A program made the position numbers and the translations under genes. The notes under the pieces are model-generated. The model saw only the letters and a program-made list of their open reading frames with translations. It had not been told where the DNA came from and did not search any database. A stretch of DNA of 64,000 nucleotides from a virus. Its lineage: Duplodnaviria > Caudoviricetes. Position 1 is the first letter of the stretch; every line of letters starts with the position of its first letter. The stretch is taken from positions 4,339-68,338 of IMG/VR virus record IMGVR_UViG_3300020403_000006. One strand, given 5' to 3'. Below, one piece after another: positions 36,001 to 44,441 of this stretch.

Positions 36001-39000
36001 ACAGATGCATTCAAGGGATTCCTTCCAAATTATGCAAGCCTTTTTTCGGAAGGCGCATCTAAAATATTATCAAAAAATCCTGAATATGGAGCAGCCGTAA
36101 AAGACGCAATATCTAGGGAAGCTTCTTTTGGCTTAACTCCCAAGGTTGTGCAGGCGCCTTCTTTAAAAAGCTCAACTAACCCTGGTCTTGCCGTGGTAAA
36201 TCAAGAACAAGAAGGTGGGTCTTTAGCTAAAGCTAGAACCTTACATGGAGGGTTAAACCCAAAACAAAAAAGCGGTGTTCCTAATTATGCTTCACCAGTC
36301 AGAAGCATTGGTGGCGCTGAAGTAATGTCGATGAGGGCTGGAGTAAGGCAAGCTATTAGCATGGATGGTTTAAAAGCTATGCAGGATTCCTTTTATAGGG
36401 CCGCCTCTGCTATAGATAAAATGACCGCCTCAACACAGAGGGGAAGGCAATTCTTAAAGGCATTGTCAAAAGAATACGGAAACAATGCTAACCTAATTAA
36501 GGAAGCAAATATAAGAGAAAAAGCTAAGTCAAGAGGTTTAACCTCAAAAGATGGGATTGAGAGAAACCAATTCGCCAGACAAATGTTCAGGAAAGATGCA
36601 TTAAAGGAAATAGCTGGCACTAAAGGGCCGCTTGGTACATTAGCATCAAACTTATTGCAAACACGTGGAGGGAAATTTGAAGAAGCATTACTATTCCAAC
36701 AAGGTGTGGCTAAAAAATCTGGAGATAAAGAAACCTTAAACGCATTAAGAAAACTAGATAGCGCAATGGAAAAAAGCGCAAGGAATGCGATGGATGGTCC
36801 AAAAAATTCCGCCAGAATGATAGAAAGAGCTTTAAAGCAAAATCAAGGAGAACTTAAAGCTTTGGAGAAATTTCAAGGAACGGGCGGATTCAACAAGGGT
36901 ACAGCTTCTAAGTTTTTTGCTCAAGAGTTTATAAGGGCTCGTGATCCTAATTTCACTGGAGGTCAAAGAGAAGCTAATAGCATAATGGCTATGATGGGAA
37001 AAGCTGGACAAAAGGAGTTCAGAAATTTTCTTCAAGAAAAAGGGGTAATGTCTTCAAATAAAGCCCTAGCTTCAGCTGGATTACAGTCTGGTCAGTTTAG
37101 ACAATTAGTTGGAGGACCTGCTGGAACCTCTTCAATAGCAGCAAATCAATTTATAAGACAATTAGGTGATTTTCAAAAAGCTTTAGAAAAAGGAGACAAA
37201 AGAACTGCTAGAGCTTTAGAAAGATCACTTCTTTCAGGTGCCGTAGGAATAGGTAGAGATAGTCAATCAGCTAAGCAATTACAGCAACTAGTGCAAGCAT
37301 CAAAAGATAATGCTAAAGAAAATGCGAAAAAAGTAAACAATACAGCCGCGCAAACAGCCGCAAGAGATAGATTAAGAGGTCAAGCTGGCGGAGGTATGGC
37401 TGCTAAATTTTTCAGCAGTATTTTAGGCAATCAAATAACGGGATCATTTATGTCTGGTGCATCTGGGGCTGGCCTTAGGGGGTCTGGTTTTGGAACTGGA
37501 ATAGCTAACAGGGCAGGGAGGGTGAGTGGATCACTTATGGGTGCTGCTAGAAATTTTGGAACAAGTGGTGCTCTTGGTAAATTTGGTGGGCAAATGGGGT
37601 TAGGAATGTCTTTTATTGCACCAATGGTTGCTGGCATGGTGTCAAACAAACAAGATAGAGCTGAAAGAGCTGTATTTAATAAGCAAACAGGATCGTTTGA
37701 AGTGCAAGATAGAGGTGGCGATGTAGCTTCTAGTGTACTAATGGGTGCTGGTCTAGGGGCTTTGTTTGGTCCAGCGGGAATGATAGTTGGTGCCATGGGT
37801 GGATTTTTCGCATCAATGAAAAAAGCAACCCTAACGATTGATGAGCAAATCAGGATGAGGGAAAAGGAGATTGCGGTAATAGGTCAAAATGTTCAAGCCA
37901 CTCAAAATATACAAAATTTGCAAAATGCAAGAAGGGCGGCTTTTGAAAAAGGAAACAAAGGAGAGACCGCTAAACTTGATGCAATGATAAACAGAACTCT
38001 AGCTGGGATTACTGACAAAGAGGTTCTTAATAAGGTAGCCATAGCAGCTGGAAACGAAGACTCTATGGCTGTTTTGCAAAAAGAATTGCAAGATCAAATG
38101 ACTATAGCCACAAGCACTCAGAATTTTGGAATGGCTATTAAAAATAAAAATTCTAGAAATGCTGGTGTTGCAATAGGATCAATTATAGCACAGGGGATTA
38201 GAGATGGAGACACCGATGAAAGTGAGGCTCTCGCTCTACTATCTAATATAAGGAAAAATGTAGAAAGTAGAAAAAGAACTGGAGCAATGCTTAGTACTGA
38301 GCAGATGAACGAGATCAGAACCAAAGCTGAAGGCAGGCAGGGCATGACAAGCATGGGAACTGTTGGGGGTGGTCTTGCGGCAGGGCTTGTTACGGCAGGT
38401 GTTGCTACTAGTATGAGTGGTGTTGGCCTCCCCCTTGGTTTAGTTATGACTGCAATTGGTGCTGCCTTAGGAGCTGGAGCGGGCCGTTACTTCGAATCAG
38501 AAAACGCTCAAAATACACTCAGGGAAGCGCAAGCCATGGGTGTAGACGAAATCATGCAATTTGATAAGTTGGTTCAGGCTGGGGTTATAACCGAATCAGC
38601 CATGAACTCTATGGTTGCTGCATTTAAAGAAGGCGAAGTGGGAATCGAAGACATTGCAAGAGAGGCAGAATCAGCAGTAAGAGATTTTAATAATGTTAGA
38701 AAAGCTAGTGAATCTGCATCCAAGGCACTATTTAATCTTGATAAAAAATTAAAATTAGCTTTATCGAGAATGACTTTAAAACTTGAGGTTGAAAAAATAC
38801 AAAATTCTGCAGCTATTCAGGCAGAAAGTTCTAATACTCAATTTTTGTCTCAGTTTATGTCTCCAACTCGTGCTTCTGAGTTTATGGCTAATCAGCAGAG
38901 CGGCATACTTTCTAGAGAAGTAGGATTTAAAATGGATGAATTTGCTGGTCAAGCAGATATAGATTTTCTTAGAAAGTTTAATTCAAGTAGTATGAATTTA

Positions 39001-42000
39001 ACATCAGTCACGCCTAGACAAAAGCAGGACTTGGTGGATGCGGTAGAAAGACGAGGAATTGGAATTGCGGAAGATTCTATCGCCTCTAGAGCTTTCAGGG
39101 GAACAATAAAGGATCAAACACTTACGAGAGATCAAGTAAATCAACTCGCTTCAATTGTCGGAATTAAAGATAGTCCATATGGAGATCAAGTGGATGTAAT
39201 GCGCACCATGCCATTCAATACTCAAAACGGAGTACGAACATCTCCTCTATTTACCACATTTAATCAACTGGATGCAGGAAAGAAAGATGAAGCTAGAGGT
39301 AAAATTGCTAATATTTTAGGAGTAAGCTCTGATCAAGATATATCTGCCGCATTGAAACAGGTTGATTTGTTTAGCTCAGTCAACACTAGGAACCTTGATC
39401 CTAAAACAACCCGAAGAGTTGATTTTGAAGATTCAATTATTGGGCGAGGTGGAGCAATTGAATATGATTACTTAGCGCAATTTAATAAAAAAGATGCCGA
39501 AGCGGCAGATGAGCTACTGGAAGAAAGAGATAGGCAGAAAAAGGTACTTGAAGCTCAAATAACAGCAATGAGAAAAGGTGCTAGTATACAAATAGCACAA
39601 AACAGAATACAAGCTAAAATACAAGAAGATCTTGAATTAATGCAAGCTCGTGTAAGAACTAGAAATATTGATAGAGAAACATCATTAATAAGAGAAAAGG
39701 GAGATAGTACGGGTAGGGTTAGTAATTTTAAAGCTTTAACTAGTGAAAGGTTTAGGGGCTCAAGGGATGATGCTTCTGAGGCAGCTAGACAAAAAGAATT
39801 AAGGAAAAAAATATTTCAGGAAGAATTAAAAATTCAAAAAGCAGAAAATCTTGAGACATTTAAAAAAGAAGCGGAAAGGTTGATGTCGGAAAAAAATCTA
39901 ATAGATGCATTAAATAATCTAAGAGATACCATTTCACCGATATTAGATATCGCTGCATCCGAAAGCGGTGGTCCAAAAACATCTACAGCACAGATGGTTC
40001 CTAGTTCGCCTTCTGGCGCTGGCGCTGGCGCGGGTGGTGGGTCTGGCGGTAGGTCTGGTGGCGGCTCATCTTCTACAGTTTTAAATGCCAATATAAATGT
40101 TTCTACCGCAGACAAAGCTTTAGCTGCAGGCGACAAAATAGCAAAAAGAACTGCATCCATAGATGAACTTCAAAAGCAAGTAGATGCTAAAGCAAACGAG
40201 GTAAGAACCAAAAGAGCGAAATTAGATTTTTCAAAAGCAAGGGTTAAGCCCGTGGAGGAACATCTTAATCGATTATTTCACCTTGCAATGCAACCTTATG
40301 ATGGTGCCTCTGGTACTCATGCTGGGCAAGGAGTTTTTAAGGATAGTGAGATGTTTAATGCTCAGGAAAAGTTTATTAAAAAGTATGCAGATCAAATAGC
40401 TAAAGATACTGGAAGGGGTGATATTCTTTTTGATGAGCATGGTCACATTCGCCCCCTACAGTCAAATCCAGTAAGGAGATCTGGGCAAGTACTTGACCCC
40501 GCAACTGGAGCAGGAAAAGGAAGTGTGCAATTATTAGAGGAGTACAAAGATAGCTTGAAGGCAAACTTGAACATAAAAGGACAAACAGAAGGTTTAGCTA
40601 CTGCAGAAAAAGAACAAAAAACACTTGAAGCTCAATTATTAGCATTGAAAGACGAGCAAGGAAGAGCCATAGCCGCAAGAAATGCAATGCAATCAGGGCA
40701 AGCTAGAGATGATATAGCCCAAAAGCTAAAAGGTCAAACTGTAGATATACAAAGCATTGATATTGGAATGACTAATCTAATGCTATCTGCTATAGATTCA
40801 AGCGGAAGTATAGAATCAGCTTTAGAAGAAGTCAATAAAGCAGTCACAATTGCTGGAAACAATGATCCAGTTGGAATTTTAGCGGAAAAAGCCCAAGGCC
40901 TCAAATCGATATCTGAGCAAATGAATCAAGGTATTCGAGAAATGGAAAGAAGATTTAATTTGCGTGAAGCCAAAATTGCTGTGGAAGACTTTAGTAAAAC
41001 ATTAAAGTTTTTTGATTATAGTAGAAGTACATTTTCTGAAATAAATGCATTGTCCAATGCAGATATTAATGCTCAATCAGCTAGCTCTGCATTAAGGAAT
41101 GCAAGTGGTCAAATTCAAAGGCAAAAAGAATTTGAAACAATAATGGGCGACCCAACTGCAACTAATTTACAAAAAGCGGAAGCTAGAATAGCTTTAGAAT
41201 CTCAAACAATAGGAACTCAGTCACAAAGAGATAGGTTTGTTCAAATAAGTCAGGAGGAAGCTGACTTGTCTGCCCAACTTACTACAGCTCAATTTCAAAA
41301 AACAGAAGCTATCGCCAACAAGGATAAAGCGGCTGAAAATAAGGCAAATAAGACAATTACAAGTCTTGAATCACAACTAAAAGTACTTAATAAAAATGCT
41401 GAACTTCTTGCTCTCGCTATGCAGAGAACAACCCCAAGAGGAGAGGGGCGAGTAGTTGATGAGATTAGAACTAATTTAGGTAATGGCCTACAAGGAGGTT
41501 TTGCTGCAGTAGAAAGCTCTGCTGAAGGTATATACACAAGACTAGGGCAAGACATGCCGTATGCTATGAGAAACGGCATGGTTGATGCAATGCAAGCTGC
41601 TCTTAGTGGAGCAGATGATTTATCAGGAAAGTTGTCTCAAATAGGAATATCTTTCTTGCAAATGATACAGAGGGCTTTCCTTGAAAGTGCTGCTAGCAGA
41701 GTAGTTGGCGCAATTGGCTCTGTTACTGGTCTAGGTAGAGCCGAAGGAAATAGCGGAGGTATCGTTAGTGGAGGTAGTGGGGTTAAGGACGATGTCCCTG
41801 CGATGCTAATGGGAGGAGAGTATGTTATTAAGAAATCATCTGTTGACAAATATGGGGTTAATTTCCTAGAACAGTTAAACAATGGAACCCTAACTGGATA
41901 TAGAAACGGAGGAGGTGTAAACTTGGCAATAGGTGCTCCTAGGGCAGCTGAAAGAGAAGAGTATACAGATGAAAATAAAGACGGAAATGTAACTAGATAT

Positions 42001-42852
42001 AGAGTTAAGAAAAAAGAAGTGGGAATTAATCGAGCATTAACTGGTTATGCAATATCTAAAGACAGAAAAATACAAGAATTCTTTAGAGATCAAGAAACGC
42101 AATTCAATGAAGACTTGTCAACAAAAAGACAAGAAGAAATGCGAGCAGAAAACAAAAAAAGAAGAAAGAAGGCTGAAAAAAATGCCTTATTAGGAATAAT
42201 TTACGGAATAGTCGGAGGCGCTCTTTTAAGCAAAGGTATAGATTTTGCAAAGAATAAATACAAGCAATCCTCTTTTGGTCAAAGACGTTTCGATAAAAAA
42301 ACCGCAAAAGATTTACAAACAAAAGGGACTACAAGCATTCCAGGCGGAAGCTTGACTGACAAATTTGAGTCTCCTTCGGATAGAGCTAGAGTACAGCAAT
42401 TCTATCAAAACATGTTAACTAAGCCTGATCAAAACGGGCAAGTTGCAGGCCCAATAGTAACGGCTAGAACAATGTGGCAGAACAACCAAGGAGGGTCGCT
42501 AGATGCTAACAAGGTTGAATTAAGGAGGAATAAAGGCGGTGGAGTTCCCGCAAGACTCACAGGGGGCGAGTATGTCATGAGCCCATCAGCAGTAAAAACA
42601 TACGGAGCCTCAATGATGAAAAGTATCAATAACGGCTCTTACAATGCTCCTTCCTCTTCGGGCTCTTCTAATCAACCCCAAAACACCGTAACTCATGGCG
42701 ATGTAAATATTTCCATTAATGTTTCAGACAATGGAAGCACGACAACCACAGCAAGCAACCCATTAAATACAAGAGAATTTGCAAGCAAAGTAAAAAATGC
42801 CGTAATTGAAGTTATAGGAAAAGAAAAGAGGGTCGGAGGGAAGTTGCGATAA
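30076..42852 (+). CDS. Tape measure protein, 4258 aa, with internal module array
   Basis: N-terminal TP901-type TMP domain (EINVVMG...ELARQG...LTAALNTF); Gly/Ala-rich TM-like segments near 37.6 and 38.4 kb; two C-terminal VPAxLxGGEYV motifs; lies between tube and tip genes. Confidence 0.92.
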   Translation: MPLKIPTVQTGLEKSIRNAVKNVSARGGLNLSINDRNFSRPLGKITGSVSEFNKSLEASNARVLAFGASVGMIQGVQKAFASLVTTTIEVERKLTEINVVMGLTNSQLEDFGKSLFKVAKNTAQSFDTVANAATELARQGLGVEETLRRANDALILTRLTGLDAAAAVSGLTAALNTFNKAGLDSTQILSKMAAVDVQFAVSTEDLIDAVSRAGAVANDAGVSFDELLGAVTAAQQMTARGGKVIGNSFKTIFTRVQRSSTIKRLEELGIAVRDIQGNTLPAINVLQNLAKTYDTLADTTKAAVAEQVGGVFQINILKAAIKDLSAENSILARATQISAQATDEAYKKNEILNRSLSALTSQAATSIKELSGVLGEIAFADQIRDYLTFIKDQVSSISGFISQKEGESAGSDFLKGVIRGIGNVLSGPGLFLTLSILGKLFVKTFSFLAGSGKELLGVVSAAEKQKQIQTAIVTVLNENSALQKRILSQEGNRAAQEKTILTILQQQAREQAKIAAAARAVAPGISRAGFGGDLRKTRSEGHIPNYVSPSERASEKKGARKAGYTPGAVKSMNLKGEGRIIYNTAETVKRFSGLSQPAIMPPQSSRAGRKYKKAFTDVHGVDPYANRGYIPNYARGSRTPMVYKPTPYNLAHGLIYGKRRALNLDTGGGRLLKDAWHSSKPALSTSTELDSIRTIIYKKFLSKKDPTFIKQVEDAMAAFGNTVPSAWSRGNGYIDGMLLDLNMKRAQARGLSSYQKLPPGRMLGPQDPLMGGAMSQGMIPNYMKMLGLKELMSKAGGAAKSLITTPFKDAGTLIKGGYKGIMGVEHMLRSGIKGTYKGLQFGEKMIRAGLGKGFDFMKNFPRTTLYGGGGGAGFAFQDQIMAAIQKYGPKALEMGSKIGKGALDIFQNPTAHVDLISAVLGGVIPAGVLGFTLLDDVLRVRKDEKARRLKAEKKAAAEKLGKELKEGGKHRGNLMVRDLPPELQKIAMGRMKIMNPQVGPGGPRSTSFVPKSILDELGLASGFVPNYALNIARLQESATYVRGKLNPKQARSQGRLKDFILRRAKLNPEAREFEPPKFDLTMARDGKPVGSLDNPTASRARAAVITSDGKTHLGFWHDDIRDDLARRKIDLKGAKDLELLWANKGFIPNYSAFHFDKNLPMSMPKAGDRITFLKALEFMPEHKLAQAMDLFLKETQMGLDMKASYPGMPIKDFKKHFGGSLSLDMGLNYLSDKRQKEILRNPDVMKSFYRYLTGKSSSIGIESALTADERKYFLDKYGMIPRMKSVEDGFGQTKKDRLSLLREDFLRAGEGPGGGKKGSVRGYIQEAFKQSRGKQNIEKLLAQNQALAPPPVLGLPYDPERSLTFEERRRRLYYKLARSNPDVLNTLHKVYGSGMSRTPKSGSLEGIDMIIDKEGNAKKIRNRFGDISGRFRGVDADIALQRKIEAQHLESQSRENKRAAVPVANQVALRQMLKENATGSSMINQRAFDDFEDILKDDRTTTREAEKMMSGRFQKSDVIDEIMRERGVRRKNLYGENFSKLGRRPLIRDKKNINLNALPTLDDLLALGKEGGLPKNIPGLPSMRELLNMKRFGHSPKNLSNLPTLKELLKLRKFRSFGNIPNFALRINTSKIKPISKPQGRIHGSKYDETIGLSQLDEILRARTFSSIKYRPKGQDIEELVLSKARSGVHQYKKGKPPPKGYESWNEFDLATGTRVIHASSAGKGSGAYRRLALNRVHSVVSGGKHYRVDPLMASHGLIPNFININPAFSKFRKMGSQSMPSSGGGPRLGAFSDSVKYSSNNLVDTFAKGILNGKLKLSQASKEIKETASFVGGKSGFELLQSWSKLLGNKTFKSKINKGMMSSGLIPNFANLGKLIAAHNAKKRANLAIREPAVQLGVVGIHPGKNPLTDSYIKAYKQGKITEKELYEMMRGQAAMLRGQPGKFEAQMDYVAMNIKNAPGQIRRKNINDMRSGATDAFKGFLPNYASLFSEGASKILSKNPEYGAAVKDAISREASFGLTPKVVQAPSLKSSTNPGLAVVNQEQEGGSLAKARTLHGGLNPKQKSGVPNYASPVRSIGGAEVMSMRAGVRQAISMDGLKAMQDSFYRAASAIDKMTASTQRGRQFLKALSKEYGNNANLIKEANIREKAKSRGLTSKDGIERNQFARQMFRKDALKEIAGTKGPLGTLASNLLQTRGGKFEEALLFQQGVAKKSGDKETLNALRKLDSAMEKSARNAMDGPKNSARMIERALKQNQGELKALEKFQGTGGFNKGTASKFFAQEFIRARDPNFTGGQREANSIMAMMGKAGQKEFRNFLQEKGVMSSNKALASAGLQSGQFRQLVGGPAGTSSIAANQFIRQLGDFQKALEKGDKRTARALERSLLSGAVGIGRDSQSAKQLQQLVQASKDNAKENAKKVNNTAAQTAARDRLRGQAGGGMAAKFFSSILGNQITGSFMSGASGAGLRGSGFGTGIANRAGRVSGSLMGAARNFGTSGALGKFGGQMGLGMSFIAPMVAGMVSNKQDRAERAVFNKQTGSFEVQDRGGDVASSVLMGAGLGALFGPAGMIVGAMGGFFASMKKATLTIDEQIRMREKEIAVIGQNVQATQNIQNLQNARRAAFEKGNKGETAKLDAMINRTLAGITDKEVLNKVAIAAGNEDSMAVLQKELQDQMTIATSTQNFGMAIKNKNSRNAGVAIGSIIAQGIRDGDTDESEALALLSNIRKNVESRKRTGAMLSTEQMNEIRTKAEGRQGMTSMGTVGGGLAAGLVTAGVATSMSGVGLPLGLVMTAIGAALGAGAGRYFESENAQNTLREAQAMGVDEIMQFDKLVQAGVITESAMNSMVAAFKEGEVGIEDIAREAESAVRDFNNVRKASESASKALFNLDKKLKLALSRMTLKLEVEKIQNSAAIQAESSNTQFLSQFMSPTRASEFMANQQSGILSREVGFKMDEFAGQADIDFLRKFNSSSMNLTSVTPRQKQDLVDAVERRGIGIAEDSIASRAFRGTIKDQTLTRDQVNQLASIVGIKDSPYGDQVDVMRTMPFNTQNGVRTSPLFTTFNQLDAGKKDEARGKIANILGVSSDQDISAALKQVDLFSSVNTRNLDPKTTRRVDFEDSIIGRGGAIEYDYLAQFNKKDAEAADELLEERDRQKKVLEAQITAMRKGASIQIAQNRIQAKIQEDLELMQARVRTRNIDRETSLIREKGDSTGRVSNFKALTSERFRGSRDDASEAARQKELRKKIFQEELKIQKAENLETFKKEAERLMSEKNLIDALNNLRDTISPILDIAASESGGPKTSTAQMVPSSPSGAGAGAGGGSGGRSGGGSSSTVLNANINVSTADKALAAGDKIAKRTASIDELQKQVDAKANEVRTKRAKLDFSKARVKPVEEHLNRLFHLAMQPYDGASGTHAGQGVFKDSEMFNAQEKFIKKYADQIAKDTGRGDILFDEHGHIRPLQSNPVRRSGQVLDPATGAGKGSVQLLEEYKDSLKANLNIKGQTEGLATAEKEQKTLEAQLLALKDEQGRAIAARNAMQSGQARDDIAQKLKGQTVDIQSIDIGMTNLMLSAIDSSGSIESALEEVNKAVTIAGNNDPVGILAEKAQGLKSISEQMNQGIREMERRFNLREAKIAVEDFSKTLKFFDYSRSTFSEINALSNADINAQSASSALRNASGQIQRQKEFETIMGDPTATNLQKAEARIALESQTIGTQSQRDRFVQISQEEADLSAQLTTAQFQKTEAIANKDKAAENKANKTITSLESQLKVLNKNAELLALAMQRTTPRGEGRVVDEIRTNLGNGLQGGFAAVESSAEGIYTRLGQDMPYAMRNGMVDAMQAALSGADDLSGKLSQIGISFLQMIQRAFLESAASRVVGAIGSVTGLGRAEGNSGGIVSGGSGVKDDVPAMLMGGEYVIKKSSVDKYGVNFLEQLNNGTLTGYRNGGGVNLAIGAPRAAEREEYTDENKDGNVTRYRVKKKEVGINRALTGYAISKDRKIQEFFRDQETQFNEDLSTKRQEEMRAENKKRRKKAEKNALLGIIYGIVGGALLSKGIDFAKNKYKQSSFGQRRFDKKTAKDLQTKGTTSIPGGSLTDKFESPSDRARVQQFYQNMLTKPDQNGQVAGPIVTARTMWQNNQGGSLDANKVELRRNKGGGVPARLTGGEYVMSPSAVKTYGASMMKSINNGSYNAPSSSGSSNQPQNTVTHGDVNISINVSDNGSTTTTASNPLNTREFASKVKNAVIEVIGKEKRVGGKLR
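31696..36288 (+). repeat. Ten dispersed Gx[IVL]PN[YF] motifs inside the TMP
   Basis: Motif Gly codons at 31696, 31957, 32404, 33139, 33508, 34927, 35344, 35668, 36016 and 36274. Confidence 0.9.
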
Positions 42853-43683
42853 ATGAAAGGGTTTGTTCATAACGCAGACCAAGCTGTTTATATTAATGGT
42901 CTGCAAATGTCAGGTATTTCTTCTATGGATGCAACCTATACAATACCAGCAGAAGAAAATAATTTCTTAGGATATGTAGGCCCTGCAGATTTAATACAAA
43001 ATGCACCTGGTGTGGGTAATTTTTCATTCCAAAGGGTTATGATGTCTAGTGATGAGCCTATAACAGAACTCCTCTTAATGGACGATGGTTTTGACGGAGG
43101 CATAGAGTTCAATTCGCAGGAAATAAATTTTCAAAGTGGTTATATAAATTCTTACGAATGTTCATTTGCGGTTGATAGTTTACCGCAATCAACAGTATCA
43201 ATATCCGCATATGGAGAGGTTGGGCCATCTGTCGTAAAGCAAAAAAGCACAACCAATCAGAAAGAACTTTTTACTCCAACAAGCAGCGGTATTAGTATTG
43301 ATTTCGACGGCAGACAAACTAATAGAGTTACAAGCTTTTCTTTTTCTATGAATTTGGATCATAAACCAGTTTATAAAATAGGGTCTATATTTCCATGTGA
43401 AGTGGTTTTGGGAACACCAATAAGACAAAGTTTTTCTATAGAGATAGATGTTGACGATTATCAAACCAGACCCGTGTATGATTACATGAGAACAGGTATA
43501 CACTTCGAAGATATTAAGGTTATTTTAAAAGATCAATGTGATCAAAGCAGGCAAATAGAATACAACTTTAATGATGCACATCTTTTATCTGAGCAATTTT
43601 CTACAGATGCTGATAATAACACTACGGTGAAATTAAATTATGCTACAGTTTCAAGGTATAAACCAAGTATAATATACAGATGA
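42853..43683 (+). CDS. Tail-tube-like baseplate protein
   Basis: Two tube-like halves (SGISSMDATYTIP; NRVTSFSFSMNLDHKPVYKIG); follows the TMP. Confidence 0.6.
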   Translation: MKGFVHNADQAVYINGLQMSGISSMDATYTIPAEENNFLGYVGPADLIQNAPGVGNFSFQRVMMSSDEPITELLLMDDGFDGGIEFNSQEINFQSGYINSYECSFAVDSLPQSTVSISAYGEVGPSVVKQKSTTNQKELFTPTSSGISIDFDGRQTNRVTSFSFSMNLDHKPVYKIGSIFPCEVVLGTPIRQSFSIEIDVDDYQTRPVYDYMRTGIHFEDIKVILKDQCDQSRQIEYNFNDAHLLSEQFSTDADNNTTVKLNYATVSRYKPSIIYR

Positions 43684-44441
43684 AATATATAAGGCATCAA
43701 GAATGTGAGGTTGAGATTAATCAACAAAAAATATTTGCAAAAAGTGCAAGGCTTACTGCTTCATCGAGCGCGACAGAAGAGCGTGTTTACGGTGGAGATT
43801 TAAGATATTACACTGCTTCGTCTCCCCTTTCAGCTTCTGTTGATTTTAATTACTATATAACAGGTAAAGAGGATTTTATAGGAAATTTAACTGGAGAGCT
43901 ACCATGCTCTGGCAGGTTTTGCGGTATAGAGTTTTCTGGTGCATACCTTTCTAATTATTCTATAAGAATTGAAGCTTACAAGCCCGTCGAGTTTAATGCG
44001 ACTCTTTCTATATACAGCGGATACAGGGGCTTAACAGAAACTGGATCATTTGGAGGGGCATCAACTGGGTTAGCGAATGGAGCTTATACCGAATTAATAA
44101 ATTTTAATCAAAATAGTATTGGAATAGATTTTCCTCAAACAATAACTTATGATGTCGATTGTCAGAGAACACCTAATTACATAATAGGTTCAGAGTTCCC
44201 TGAAGATGTAAGATACGGATCTGTAAAAAGAAGAATGTCTGTAGCTGGAGAAAATATTGGTGCTGTTATAAATTTTTCAGGTAGAGATTTTGGAGAAATA
44301 CTAGTGTCACCCAGAAATATAGACTATGCAGCAAGAGGTCAAACCTTAAGATGTAAAGGCATAATAAATTCTCAAAATTTATCTATGTCTTCTAACGGAT
44401 TACTTGCTGGTTCAGTGGAGGTAATGGAGAGCTTGAGATGA
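43680..44441 (+). CDS. Tail-tube-like baseplate protein (paralog)
   Basis: GAYLSNYSIRI and ITYDVDCQRTPNYIIGS parallel the previous gene. Confidence 0.55.
   Translation: MKYIRHQECEVEINQQKIFAKSARLTASSSATEERVYGGDLRYYTASSPLSASVDFNYYITGKEDFIGNLTGELPCSGRFCGIEFSGAYLSNYSIRIEAYKPVEFNATLSIYSGYRGLTETGSFGGASTGLANGAYTELINFNQNSIGIDFPQTITYDVDCQRTPNYIIGSEFPEDVRYGSVKRRMSVAGENIGAVINFSGRDFGEILVSPRNIDYAARGQTLRCKGIINSQNLSMSSNGLLAGSVEVMESLR

Noticed and set aside
30099-42629. Many short minus-strand ORFs inside the TMP (likewise inside J, capsid, BspA and other genes)
   Set aside because: Antisense shadows of long A-rich coding frames; F/L/S/I-biased, with no motifs or promoters.
41750-42645. Duplicated VPAxLxGGEYV motif at the TMP C-terminus
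   Set aside because: A common C-terminal feature of tape measure proteins; ordinary.
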